From the NCBI RefSeq assembly GCF_009914755.1, contig NC_060942.1: DNA of 64,000 nucleotides. One strand, 5' to 3'. Under the pieces are notes generated by a model. That model was not told where the DNA came from, did no database searches, and saw only the letters and a list, made by a program, of their open reading frames with translations. The stretch is from the human T2T-CHM13v2.0 reference genome, Homo sapiens. Position 1 is the first letter of the stretch, and each line of letters starts with the position of its first letter. A program made the translations under genes and the position numbers. Positions 26,831 to 43,351 of this stretch are shown piece after piece.

Positions 26831-28249
26831 TAAAATTTTTTAAAAAATTCTTTGTAAAATGAGATCAGTTTTTCTGTTGCCATATTTACTTTACTTTTAA
26901 TGGCCATAGAATATTGCAGGAGAGACTGGGAAACAGAGATCAGTCACAGAAACAGATTTAGGCTCAGGCCTAAAAGATTTAGAAGAACTCTGACATCAGA
27001 AGAGGAGACACTGGGCAGGAAACTAAGGTGGGGCTTCATACAAAGAGTGAGTCCTTAGTCTTGAGAATACAAGCTTTGGTGCTGAGATGACCTGATACAC
27101 TATGAAGACGAATTTAGCAAATATAAATTTTACCTTAATCATCTAAAAATTGTCTCATTTTTTAAAAATGCATGTTGATTCTAAAGATTAAATCCCAGAT
27201 TCTGTATTAAAAAGAAAACTGTATTATGCTTCAAACAGTAAGAAATTCATTGGTATATTTAGAATCCCTTTTTGTAGTTTACTTCTATGATTTCCTTTGA
27301 CTTTAAATAGTAGCTAGAGAGACCCTCTCAAGTTTACTGTTAATATTAATATATTATACATTGGGGGAATAAAAGGGATGACCTCACCTCCAGTTCTTGC
27401 TGTTTACCTTCTACACACCTTAAATTGAAATTATACGTTAATATCTCTACATTGGTGAACTTAAGTTAGTGACTAAGAGTATTTTAAGGTTATTAATCAA
27501 TGACAGCAGGGTAATTCTATTTATAAGTAATGAATCCTAAAATGAATACTTGTTAAAAAAAAAAAGTAGCTTCAACAGTGCTTACAATTCCCATAGTTTA
27601 TTCATTCTTTTTGTGTATGTACATTATTTAAATAATTGAGGAAGTATATCAAAGTTTTAGAAATGCAAATAAAGCTGATTGTAATTGTAAATTGCCATCA
27701 TTATTCTTTTGGATACCACAGCAATGTAAATTGAATAGCTAAGGCATGTAATTATGAAATTATTTAGTGGAAGGGGGTAGTCACTTCGAATCTACTTAGG
27801 TAAGGACCGCATGCCTCCAGCACACCTCGCCGTTCTTTAGCACACTCACCAGCATTCTTTAGTGGATGAACAATCTGATGCCTGATAAGATCATGGGGAG
27901 AGAGTGACAAAGGGTATTTGGGAGGAAGAAGAAAAGGATTAAGTTAACCAAAATGTTAAGTAGTTAAGAAACAAACAATTAACTCTTCAATTAGTAAATA
28001 TTATAGTGCATGTTATTTTGAATCAGGCTGGGACACAGAACAGCAGAGGAGCTCATTCAAGTTCTAATTTAGTGTTCTCCGTAAGAGAGGACCATCTGAG
28101 AAAGTACAGTGTGCGATTTCACCCTGGAATCATTCAGACATTTGAAGGAGTAAAAACAAATTTGAACTGAATTGAATTTAAAATAGGTTTGCTAAATGTG
28201 CCCAGCTCTAAAAACTCTCCATTTCCAAACTCTGTGTACAACAACACAT

Positions 28250-28885
28250 CTTTACTTAAATGTATTTTTAAACATATGCACGGTAAAATTTACTTTTTGT
28301 GGTGTTGAGTTCTAAGCATTGTGACAAACACATCAAGTCATATATCCATCATCAAAATTGTCATTGAGAACAGTTCCATCATCCCTCAAAATTTGCTTAT
28401 GCTCCTCCTTTCTAGTAATCTTCTCCTTCCATTCCTAACCCCTGTCACCCACCCATGAGTTCTACAGCTCTATAGTTTTGCTTTTTTAGAATGTCATATA
28501 AATGAAATTCTATAATATGTAATTTGGGGATTTAGCTTCTTTCACTTAGCAAATCCTTTTGAGATTTAACAATGTCGCTTATACATATCAAGTCTGTTCC
28601 TTTTTATGGCTGAATAGTATTTCATTGTCTAGATGTACCATAGTTTATTTATTTACTATTCAAGTTTTTTTTTCCAGTTTTTAACAATTATGCACAAAGC
28701 TGTTAGAGATATTTACCTACAGGTTTTTTTGTGAGCATACATTTTTATTTCTCTTGAGTAATTACTCAGAGTGGCATCTGGATCATATAGTAAGTATATA
28801 CTTAATCCTATAAAAAAGAACCAAACTGTTTCCCAAAATGATTGTAGCATTTTGCCTTCTCATTAACAATAAATAAGACACATAG
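28250..28885 (-). mobile_element. Old L1M (L1MC/MD-like) 3' end
   Basis: gagaacagttccatcatccctcaaaa...tagaatgtcatataaatg...ttcctttttatggctgaatagtatttc. Confidence 0.85.
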
Positions 28886-30014
28886 TTCGGATATCTTTGT
28901 GCTGCAGTTGGGGTAATGTCTATTGACCTATGTTCAAGTTGACTAACCCTTTCTTCAGTTTGTGAAGTCTTCTAATGAGCCTTTGAATGTTCTTCTTCAT
29001 CTCTGTTACTGTGCTTTTTATTTCTAACATTTTCATGCTATTCCATGTTATAGCGTTCCTCTCTCTGCTGAAATTGCCTTAGCTGTCTGTTTTTTGTATG
29101 TTGTCAGTTTTTTCTTTAGAAACATCAACATATTAGTTATAGTTGTTTTAAATTATCTTTCTGATAGTTCTGTCTTCTCTGTCATATCTGAATTTGGCTC
29201 TATTGATTGCTTTTCTCTTGGTAGTTTGTTGCTTTTTCTTGCTTCTTTGTATGCCTTATAATTTTTTGTTGAAAGTTGTATACCTATGTAGGAATAGAAA
29301 CTGAGGCAAACAGTTTCTGCATTTGCACATGGGCATACCTGTCCTTACATTAGATCTTTATTTTGGGGAGGTGAACCAATCTAGGAAAGTGTTGAGTTGG
29401 GTTCGGTTCTTGTTGCTGTGCTGGCAATCAGTGTATACCATAGCATTCAGATTCTTCCAGAGATAACTTGTGTTTAGGGTGGAGACAGATTTGCAGTTTA
29501 TCTCACTATGTGCTTAATCTTTAGCTTGAGGTCTTCCCTTCCTGTTGTGCCTCAGAGAGGGTCTCTCTTTCTTTGTCTCTGAACTCTTGCAACTCTCCCA
29601 ACATTATTGCACTGTTAGAAGTTACTCAATGCTTGTAAGCCTGGTGAGAGGGAGGCAGCCTCTGTTATTCTGGTGAAGCCTTGGTCTTGTGTAGGTTCTA
29701 TATCCCTGGATCTTTAGGAGTGGCCTTCTTAGTGCTCCTGACCCACCCACCAGCTATGGTTATGAGCTCCACACATGTTCCTGCCCTTCCTCGAAGGCTA
29801 GAGACTTTTCTTCTGTTCCCCACAGACAGGTAGAATGGTTTTTCCCAGTGTGATAAGTGCAGCAGTGCTTGTTGTCCCTCTGCCTGCATTTAAGACTTTT
29901 GTTACACAGGGGAGATAAGCCCATGCAGGCCTTCATGCCTTGCCTGCAGGGCTTACTATTCCTTTCCCTTAGGCCTGCCCTATTAAGTATGCTTTCTTGG
30001 ATTCTCACTAATCA

Positions 30015-30052
<38 letters not shown>

Positions 30053-30425
30053 TGTAAGCCTGTAATGTCCCTGGAAAAGAACCTGAAAGAGAATGTTACT
30101 CCCTTTATATCTATGACCCTAGAGACTCCACACTCTCATCAGCTCACACTTGGCTTCTGCCAACTCCTTAACTGAATTCCTTATCTAAATTCTTATTGGT
30201 ACCTGATTGCATTTCCCCCAGGTAAACAAATGCTCACATCCCTCTCTCTCTGCAGGTATTTTTTTCTTCTTACATTTCAGATTGGTTAGTTGCCATGTGA
30301 CCTCACCTTTCTGATGGGTTCAAAAAGTCATTAATTTGTAGTTTGTCTGGCTCTGTGTCACTGCTGTAAGGGTGAGAGTGATGTTCTTTCTGGCTCTTAG
30401 CAACCCAAAAGAAAACTGAAAGGCT
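28886..30425 (-). mobile_element. Old L1M 5'UTR/ORF1 N-terminal region
   Basis: tctattgacctatgttcaagttgacta...atattagttatagttgttttaaatt...tgacctcacctttctgatggg...gaaaactgaaag. Confidence 0.75.
30015..30051 (+). repeat. (TG)n microsatellite
   Basis: ~16 uninterrupted TG units. Confidence 0.97.
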
Positions 30426-30889
30426 TCCTACCTTTTTGGAGCCAATACAGGCTTTGTTTTTCAATATATTAGCTTTAAACAACAGATCGGCCTTAAACAC
30501 TTGTTGTCTTTATTAAAATGTAGATAAAACTTCACTTGTATGTCCAAAAATTCCTCCCTACTACATCCAGTTTATCCCCGTGGAATCTCAAATACCCTTG
30601 TACATATCTAGGTTTCCTGGTTAAAACAGCCATACACTAAATTGGAAATCAGGAGAGTTGGTTTATCTAATCTCTTACTAACAGTATGACTTTGCAATTT
30701 GTTATACTGTCTTTTGATTTCAGCTTTCTCATCTTTAAATTAAGAAGTCAGTGTAAATTGCCTATATAATTCTTTCTGGTGTAATAATTTTTAGATAGTC
30801 TTATTTTTACTTTTTTGTTGTTGTTAAGAATGCAATTGTGTCACATGATTTTTAGTTATTACTTTGGAGTTTCCCCAGAGTATTGAGTC

Positions 30890-31105
30890 TATAGTACAAT
30901 GGTTGAGCCAGCAAGCTTAGGAGGGAAACTGCCTAAGTTCAAATTCTTAGTTCAGCACTTTGGCGCTCTGTGTATCTTGGGCAAATTACTTTTCTAGGTC
31001 TCAGCCCCTATATTTAAACTTCAAATGATAAAATAATATATAATAGTTTTTTAAATAAAAATGTAAATTATCTAGTATAGTCTATAAAAGCTCAATAGAC
31101 ATAAA
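30890..31105 (+). mobile_element. MIR
   Basis: aatggttgagc...actgcctaagttcaaattc...tcttgggcaaattact...tctcagccc. Confidence 0.75.
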
Positions 31106-31684
31106 ATTGTTTGAAAACATTGGCTGATAATCAAACCAAGGACAAGCACACGACTGCTCTCTAATTGAAGATAGCAGTAGAAGGTTGACTGGCATTTGTA
31201 CAATGCCCAGTTTAACATCTGGGAGCTTAATATCTGGGAAGTTTTAAGAATTCACCTAATGTTAAAAAAAAAAAAACAAACAAAAAAAACAAGACAACAC
31301 CATGATACTAGAGTTTTGGAAAGGGACTGTCCTTACCAAGAAAAAGTGTATTGAACCTGGTATTCTTGGATCAGTAATTTAAAGTTGCTGGCTAAAGAAA
31401 ATGGCCACAAGTCCTAAAAGACAGTTCATATTTTCCTCCTTTTTATATCTCAGTTTTTGTAACCTTTTCTGAATAGAACATTTATTTCTGCTTGATGAAG
31501 TGTGCTTTAGTCTGATTGTAAAGAGAATAATAGAAAGAATTGAGAAAAGGAAAAAGGAGTGACATTGATAAATTTTAGCCAACTTAAAAACTAGAAAGTA
31601 TATGGTCACAGAGCAAAATAATACTGATGAATTTATAACTTTTAATAACATTGGAATAGCTACTCTCATTTTTGTGATAGCATT

Positions 31685-31835
31685 GTCTCTTTAGAGGAAT
31701 CCATTAAAAATATAGATTTCAGGTTCCTATCATACCAGACATTCTTATTTATTTGATCAGCTATGCCCCAAAATTATGAATTTAACATACTCCCTAGGTT
31801 ACTCTCGTGTGTTTTCAGGTTTAAAAACTACTGCT
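31685..31835. mobile_element. MER5 fragment
   Basis: aaaaatatagatttcaggttcct...tttaacatactccctaggttactctc...ggtttaaaaactactg. Confidence 0.6.
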
Positions 31836-33009
31836 AGATTATGCGTGCAGGTCATAACCATATTTTAACTAATTGAAATGTAGTTTTGAAAATGCCCATA
31901 GTTAACCATTACAAAGTTGAGCCTCATAGGAATACAAAGTTCACAGAAGCCAGCAAATGCCCTCCCAAAGATCAGGATGATGAAGTGTGGATAAAACTAT
32001 AGAATGAATCTTAATGTAGTCGCAGATCCCCTGTGTTAGATGAGGAATTATTTCTAGGCTCTTTTATCCTCCCTCACAGTTAAGAACTCATAAGACTCCT
32101 AACTCCTAGGCTTCTTCCAGTTCCCCAGGCAACTTTTAACCTAACACTGCAGGATTAATAACACTTCCTTCAGTAGCAATTCTGATTTTGATCCTAAACT
32201 GAGGTTCCGATAATAGCTCTTGCCCAGCCTCTCTAGAATTGATGACATGGTTTCATTCATGCCAGTTTCTACCCTTGCCTACTAAAACCTCAAAAATTCA
32301 TACTAAATCCAGCCCAGTGATGGGCTCTAGCTTCCTAGATGCAGATTGCATTGACATTGGCAGTCAATTTGCCTGTATGCTCTCCATATTATCAACTGCT
32401 CCTGGATCCCATGACTGAGCTTTCCAGTCCAACAACTTGATTCAATTCCCAGTCTCCACATTTGCAAACTCATGATTCTGGCCAAGTTGTTTTTAACTCT
32501 ATGAGCTCCAGGTTCCTCAACTGAAAAATATTAATAGCAATAATTTTATCACAAGCAATAAAAATTAAATAATGATTATATATTAACTGAAATGATAAGT
32601 CTGGTAGCAGGTGCTTAATGGCTACTAATTCATTCTCTAATAGAAAACATATATGGAAACACTGTGCTTCCTTAATACACTCCTCTATCTTCCTTTGGCT
32701 CTATTCTTCTCTGCTCAAAATTACTTTATTAAAATATGATTATTATAATCTTTTGCATCTGTGTTTCCTACTCTTTTTCATATCATGGCATATATCTAAA
32801 GTGATTGTATTTCAACAGAAAAATAGGACAAGTGAATGAAATTAAAATTGCTGAGTAAAAGATATAATCATCGCAGAATCTCCAGCCTTCTCAAGCCTAT
32901 CCTGGAGGCCCTGAGTGCTACATTAATCATTTATCAACCTATCTGTAATTTATCACTTATCCCAGTTAAGCAACTTTGCTTCGATTGGCATGTTCTGCCA
33001 ATAGACAAA

Positions 33010-33362
33010 TGTATTAATCCATTTTCACGCTGCTGATAAAGACATACCCAAGACCATGAAGAAAAAGAGGTTTAATTGGACTTACATTTCCAATGGCTGG
33101 GGGGGCCTCAGAATCATGGTGGGAGGCAAAAGGTACTTTTTACATGGTGGCAGCAAGAGAAAAATGAAGAAGATGCAAAAGGAGAAACTCCTGATAAAAC
33201 CATCAGATCTCATGAGACTTACTCACTACCATGAGAACAGTATGGAGGAAACCACCCCCATGAATCAAATTATCTCCCACTGGATCCCTCCCACAACACA
33301 TGGGAATTATGGGAGCACAATTCAAGATGAGATTTGGGTGAGGACACAACCAAACCATATCA
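33010..33362 (-). mobile_element. THE1C-type MaLR LTR
   Basis: tgtattaatccattttcacgctgctgataaagacatacc...aaaatgaagaagatgcaaaa...caaaccatatca. Confidence 0.95.
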
Positions 33363-33596
33363 TTTCATCCCTGGCCCCTCCAAATCTCATGTCCCCACAT
33401 TTCAAAGCCAACCATGCCTTCCCAACAGTCCCCCAAAGTCTTAACTCATTTCAGCATTAACCCAAAAGTCCACAATTCAAAGTCTCATCTGAGACAAGGC
33501 AAGTCCCTTCCACCTATGAGCCTGTAAAATCAAAAGCAAGCTAGTTACTTCCTAGACACAATGGGGATACACATTTGGGTAAATACAGCCATTCCA
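33363..33596 (-). mobile_element. THE1 internal sequence, truncated
   Basis: ggcccctccaaatctcatgtcc...cagtcccccaaagtcttaactcatttcagcattaacc...aaatacagccattcca. Confidence 0.92.
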
Positions 33597-35180
<1,584 letters not shown>

Positions 35181-37350
35181 AGGATGAAGAGAGAAAATGG
35201 TGGATAGGAGACAGGACTAATGTGCAGCTTCCACTTGGACATGCAGAACAACGTGTGAAAACTCACACCATGAACTTCTCCAGGAACCACAGCACAAACG
35301 TGCCAGGAAGACTGAAAGGGTTCACTGATCCTTTGGAAAAAGCAGCTCACTATGCAAACTCTGTGAGACAGCAGAAAAACTCTGAGTTTTCAAAGTGTGA
35401 GAGGGGGAATCTTGCCTTTGAACACACATCCCCACTGGGGAACCTATAGAAGAAGCAGTGGGAAGAGTCCTGTAGGCACTCCCAGTCCCCAGTTTGAGCC
35501 CAGGGAGGCCATCCCTTACTTTATCTCACAGAGAGGGTCCTTGGGCAAAACAGCCAGCCAAACTAGGCAGGGGGTCGCAGGGTGAAAGAAGCTTCCAACT
35601 GAACTTTGTAATTTCAACCAAGCATGAATTTTTGTGAGCAGCATATACGGGTGAACAGGAATTGCTGCAGGTACCAGCACAGGAGACATGGCTGATAGTG
35701 TGGGCAGGTGGGAAGGGGCAAGGCCTGAAAGCCGTGCTTACTTTCTCAGTGGAGAGGCTTTTAGCCTGGGGCGAGGTCTGAGTCCTGCATGCAGGATGCT
35801 GGATATAAACACTGTTGGTGAGGCACAGCAGGAAGAAGACTAGCCTCACTGGCTGTGTGGAAGCTGGGTGAGGCCTGTCACTGCCAGCTTTCCGCCACTT
35901 CCCTGATGACCTATATGATGCAGCAGAGGCAGCCGTAATCCCCCTGGGAACATAACTCCATTGGCCTGAGAACCACCTCCCCATCCCCCATCGTGGCTGC
36001 AGCAAGCCCCATCCAAGGAGATTCTGAGCTCAGACCCACCTAACCCTGCCCTCACCTGATGGTTTTTCTCTACCCACCCTGGTAGCCAAACACAAAAGAC
36101 ATAAACTCTTGGGAGCTTTATGGCCCCTCCCACTGCCTGAGAAACCCAAATACTTATTCTGGCCAACTTAAAGCAAGCTTATATCCCCCCTCTAATAATG
36201 CAGCTGGTGCTCTCTTGAAAGAACCGCCTCCTGGCTGGAAGCCAAACAAATCAAGCCATTGCAGCAACTTGTGACAAAATAACCCTGATCAAGGAAGTAG
36301 AAAACAGCAGCGAATTCCTCCGCCTGCAACATTCTGGCTAAGCAGAGGTCCTGAGTCTGTCCACGCGACAACTTCACTTCTAGCATAATCAGCATTCAAG
36401 AAAACCAGCACACTAAACGAAACTACAGCCAAGGACTTTCACAGTCTACTTCACTCTCCTGCCACCTCCACCAGAGCAGATGCTGGTATCCATGGCTGGG
36501 AGACCTGAAGACAGACCACATCACAGGACTCTTTGCAGACATTCTGCAGTACCAGCCCAGAGCCTGGTACCCCACTGGGTGGCTAGACCCAGAAGAGCAA
36601 TAGCAATCACAGCAGTCCAGCTCTCCAGAAGCCCCCATTCCTAGGGGAAGGAGGAGAGCACCACATCAAGGGATCACCCTGTGAGACAAAAGGATCTGAA
36701 CAGAAGTCCTTGAATTCCAGATCTTTCTACTGAAATAGTCTACCCAAACAAGAAGAAACAAAAAAAAAGTAATTCTAGTAATATGACAAAACAAGGTCCT
36801 ATAACACCCCGAAAAGATCTCACTAGCTGCTCCCTAGCAATGGAACCAAACCAAGGAGAAATCTCTGAATTGCCAAATAAATAATTCAAAAGGTTGATTA
36901 TTAAGCTACTCCAGGAGGTACCAGAGAAAAGTTAAACCCAACTTGAAGAAATTTAAAAAAAAAATGCAGGGTATGGATGAAAAACTTTCCAGAGAAATTG
37001 ATATCATAAAGAAAAAAACAATCACAACTTTTAGAAATGGAAGACACACTTAGAGAAATACAAAATAGACGGCAAAGTTTCAACAATAGAACAAGTGGAA
37101 GAAAAAACTTCAGAGCATGAAGACAGGGCTTTCAAATTAACCCAATCTGACAAAGACAAAGAAAAAAGAATAAAAAAATAAACAAAGCCTCCAAGAAATT
37201 TGGGATTATGTTAAATGACCAAACCTAGAATAATTGGTGTTCATGAGGAAGAAGATAAATCTAAAAGTTTGGAAAACGTATTTGAAGGAATAATTGAGGA
37301 AAATTTCTCCAGCCCTGCTAGAGTTCTAGCATCCAAACACAAGAAACTTA

Positions 37351-37422
37351 GGCTACTCTGCCTATGGAGTAGCCATTCTGTATTCTTTTACTCTCTTAAT
37401 AAACTTGCTTTCACTTAAAAAA
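37351..37422 (+). mobile_element. Polyadenylated ERV1 LTR 3' fragment (MER41-like) inserted in L1 ORF1
   Basis: ggctactctgcctatggagtagccattct...cttAATAAActtgctttcactt followed directly by an A run. Confidence 0.75.
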
Positions 37423-37530
37423 GAAATGAAGAAGAGGAGGAGGAGGAAGAGGAGGAAAGAGGAGGAGGAGGAGGAAGAGGAAGAGGAGGAGGAAGAAGAG
37501 GAGGAGGAGGAGGGGAGGAGGAAGAGGAAG
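37417..37530 (+). repeat. GA-rich (GAG/GAA)n polypurine tract
   Basis: ~110 nt, nearly pure purine. Confidence 0.97.
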
Positions 37531-38955
37531 CTCAAAGAACACCTGGAAAATTCATCGCAAAAAGATTATCAACTAGGCTCATAGTCATCAGGTTATCTAA
37601 ATTCAAGATGAAGGAAACAATCTTAAGAGCTGTGAGGCAAATGTATCAGGTAACCTATAATGAAAAACCTATCAGATTAATGACAGATTTCTCAGCAGAA
37701 ACCTTACAAGCCTGAAGGGATTGGAGTCCTGTTTTTAGCCTCCTCAAACAAAATAACTATCAGCCAAAAATTCTGTATTCAGCAAAACTAAGCTTCATAA
37801 AGGAAGGATAATACAGTCTTTTTTTCAGACAAACAGATGCTGAGAGAATTTGCCACTACTAAGCCAGCACTACGAGAATAGCTAAAAGGAGCTATTCTAA
37901 ATCTTAAAACAAAAACTTGAAATACATCAAAATAGAACCTATTTAAAGTGTAAGTCTCACGGACCCTATTAAAAAATAACACAATGAAAAAAAATAAGAT
38001 ATTTAGGCAATAACTAGAGGGATGAATAGAATAGTACGTCACATCTCAATATTAATAGTGAATGTAAATGACCTAAATGCCCACTTAAAAGATACAGAAT
38101 GGCAGAATGGATAAAAAATCCGCCAACCAAGTACCTTCTGTCTTCAAGAGACTCACTTAGCACATAAGGACTCACAAGAACTTAAAGTGAAGGGGTAAAA
38201 AAAGACATTCTGTGAAAATGGAAACCAAAAGTCAGCAGGAGTAGCTATTCTTATATCAGACAAAACAGACTTTAAAGCAACAACAGTTTAAAAAAGACAA
38301 AGAGGAACATTACATAATGATAAAAGGATTAGGCCAACAGGAAAACATTACAATCCTAAATATAGGTGCACCTAACACAGGAGCTCCCAAATTTATGAAA
38401 CAATTACTACTAGGCCTGAAAAATGAGATAGATGTCAACATAGTAATAGTGAGGGACTTCAATACCCCACTGACAGCACTAAACAGGTCATCAAGACAGA
38501 AGGTCAACAAAGAAACAATGGACTGAAACTATATCCTACAACAAATGGACTTAACAGATATTTATAGAACATTCTACCCAACAACTGCAGAATATACATT
38601 CTTTTCATCAGCACATGGAACATTCTTCAAGACAGACCATGTGATAGACCACAAAACAAGTCTCAATAAATTTAAGAAAATTGAAATAATATCAAGTATC
38701 CTCTCAGACCACAGTGAAATAAAATCAGAAATTAACTCCAAAAGGAACCCTCAAAACTATATGAATACATGGAAATTAAATAATCTGCTCCTGAATTATC
38801 TTTGGGTCAACAATAAAATCAAGATGAAAATGTAAAAATTCTTTGAACTGAAAGATAATAGTGACACGACCTATCAAAACCTCTGGGATATGGCAAAAGT
38901 GGTGCTAAGAGGAAAGTACGTAGCATTAAATGCCTACATCAAAAAGTTTGAAAGA

Positions 38956-39250
<295 letters not shown>

Positions 39251-40476
39251 AAAATCTGCAAGAGCACAATTAGACTATCTATGTTCACAATTAGACCTCA
39301 AGGAACTAGAGAAACAAGAACAAACCAAACCCAACTCCAGAAGAAGAAAAATAATAATAATAACAAAGATCAGTGCAGAACTAAATGAAACTGAAGCAAA
39401 AAAAATACAAAAGATAAATGAAACAAAAACTGTTTGTTTGAAAAGATTTTAAAAAATTGATAGACCATTAGCAAGATTAACCAAAAAAAGAAGAGAAGAT
39501 CCAAATAAACTCAATTAGAAACAAAATGGGAGATATTACAACTGATACAAAAGAAATACAAAAGATCATTCAAGGCTATTATAAACACCTTTATGCACAC
39601 AAACTAGAAAACCTACAGGAGATGGATAAATTCCTGGAAATATACGACCCTCCTAGATTAAACCAGGAAGAAATAGAAACTCTGAACTGACCAATAACAA
39701 GTGACAAGATTGAAACAGTAATTAAAAAATTGCCAACATAAAAATGTCCAGAACCGGATAGATTCACAGCTGAATTCTATCAGACATTCAAAGAATTGGT
39801 ACCAATCCTACAGAAACTATTCCGAAAGATAGAGAAAGAGGGAATCTTCCCTAAATAATTCTCTGAAGCCAGTATCATCTTGTTACCAAAACCAGGAAAG
39901 GACATACCACCAACAAAAAAAACTACAGACCAATATCTCTGATGAACCAAGATGCAATAATCTTCAACAAAATACTAGCTAGCCAAATCCAACAGCATAT
40001 CAAAAAGATAATACATCATGATCAAGTGGGTTTCATACCAGGGATGCAGGGATACTTTAACACACACGAAGTCAATAAATGTGAGACATCACATAAACTG
40101 AATTAAATACAAAATTCTTATGATTATCCCAAGAGACACAGTAAAAGCATTTGAGAAAATCCAGCATCCCTTTATGATTAAAACACTCAACAAAATCAGC
40201 ATAGAAGGCACATACCTCAGGGTAATAAAAGCCATCTATGACAAACCTACAGCCAACATTAAACTGAATGGAGAAAAATTGAAAACATTCCCCCTGAGAA
40301 ATGGAACAAGACAAGGATACCCAGTTTCACCACTTCTATTCAACACAGTACTGGAAGTCCTAGCCAGAGCAATCAGACAAGAGAAAGAAATAAAGTGCAT
40401 CCAAATGAGTAAATATGACGTCAAACTGTCACTGTTCACCAACAATATGATGGTATACTTAGAAAGTCCCAAAGAC

Positions 40477-40870
<394 letters not shown>

Positions 40871-42125
40871 TCAAGATACAAATCAATGTACACAAATCCG
40901 TAGCACTGCTATACACCAATATTGACCAAGCTGGGAGTCAAATCAAGAACTCAACCCCTTTTACAATAGCTGCGAAGAATAAAAAATACTTAGGAATATG
41001 CCTTACCAAGGAAGGGAAAGATCTCCACAAGGAAAACTAAAAAACACTGCTGAAAGAAATCAGATGACACAAACAAATGGAAACATATCCCATGCTCATG
41101 GATGGCTAGAATCAATATTGTGAAAATGACCATACTGCCAAATGCAATCTATAAATTCAATGCTATTTCCATCAAAATACTATCACCATTCTTCACAGGG
41201 ATAGAAAAAACAATCCTACAATTCATATGGAGCCAAACAAGAACCCACATAGCCAAAGCAAGAACAAATCTGGAGGCATCACATTCCCCAAATTCAAATA
41301 TAGTACAAGGCTATAGTTACCCAAACAGCATGGTACTGGTATAAAAATAGGCATGTAGACCAATGGAAGATAATAGAGAACCCAGAAATAAAGCCAAATA
41401 CTTAAAGCCAACTGATCTTTGACAAAGCAAATGAAAACATAAAGTGGGAAAAGGACACCCTATTCAACAAATGGTGCGGGAATAACTAGCAAGCCACATG
41501 TAGAAGAATGAAACTGGATCCTCATCTCTCACCTTACACAAAAATCAACTCAAGATGGATTAAATACTTAAATCTAAGACCTGAAACCATAAAAATTCTA
41601 GAAGATAACATCAGAAAAACTCTTCTAGACATTGGCTTAGGCAAAGAGTTCATGGTCAAGAACCCAAAAGCAAATGCAAAAAAAGCAAAAATAAATAGAT
41701 GAGACTTAATTAAACTAAAAATCTTCTACACAGCAAAAGAAATAATCAGCAGAGTAAACAGACAATCCATAGAGTGGGAGAAAATATTTGCAAACTATGC
41801 ATCTAACAAAGGACTAATATCCAGAATCTACAAGGAACTCAAACAAATCAGCAAGAAAAAAAGGAACAATTCTATCAAAGAGTGGACTAAGGACATGAAT
41901 AGAGGGTTCTCAAAAGAAGATATACAAATGGCCAACGAACATATGAAAAATGTTCAGCATCACTAATTACCAGAGAAATGCAAATTAAAACCACAATGCT
42001 ATACCACCTTACTCCTGCAAGAATGGCCATCATTTAAAAATAAAAAAAAATAGATTTTAGCATGGATGTGGTGAAAAGGAAACACTTTTACACTGCTGGT
42101 AGAAGCAGCAGTGTACAATTGTATA

Positions 42126-42661
42126 CAAGTCCCAGTGCCTAGGCCACAGACCGGTACTGGTCTGTGGCCTGTTAAGAACTCGACCACACAGCAGGAGATA
42201 AGCAGCGGGCAAACAAGTGAAGCTTCATTTGTATTTACAGCCTTTCCCGTCACTCACATTACCACCTGAACTTGGCCTCCTGTCAGATCAGCAGCAACAC
42301 TGGATTCTCATAGCAGCTCGAACCCTACTGTGAACTGTACATGTGAGGAATCTAGGTTGTGCGCTCCTTATGAGACTCTACTGCCTGATGATCTTTCACT
42401 GTCTCCCATCACCCCCAGATGGGACCGTCTAGTTGCAGGAAAACAAGCTCGGGGCTCCTACTGATTCTACATTATGGTAAGTTGTATAATTCTTTCATTA
42501 TATATTAATATTACAATGTAACAATTAAAGAAATAAAGTGCACAATAAATGTAATGCACTTGAACCATCGCCAAACCATCCCCACCACCCACCACCCCAT
42601 CCATGGAAAAACCATCTTCCACAAAACTGCTCCCTGGTGCCAAAAAGTTTGCGGACCCCTG
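42126..42661 (+). mobile_element. MER1A (hAT-Charlie DNA transposon)
   Basis: ggccacagaccggtactggtctgtggcc...ctagttgcaggaaaacaagctc...tccctggtgccaaaaagtttgcggacccctg; ~535 bp. Confidence 0.92.
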
Positions 42662-42694
42662 ATTTAAATCATAAATCATCCAGGTTGTTTCTTA

Positions 42695-43220
<526 letters not shown>

Positions 43221-43351
43221 TAATTGAATATGTGTGTATGTGTGTGTATACAGCATATTTTGCTTAGTCACTTACTAGTTGATGGATAATTAAATTGCTT
43301 CCAGTTTTTTGAATATTTCAAAAAATGCATTTAGAGACATTTTCATATTTT

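Noticed and set aside
33056-33460. 134-aa ORF
   Set aside because: Antisense read-through of the THE1C LTR and internal sequence.
35526-36005. Longest ORF (159 aa, minus strand) as an ORF0-like product
   Set aside because: Lies in the GC-richer, decayed L1PB 5'UTR and has a non-ATG start. No homology recognised; expected by chance.
42142-42169. Palindrome ggccacagaccggtactggtctgtggcc
   Set aside because: Intrinsic to the MER1 consensus.
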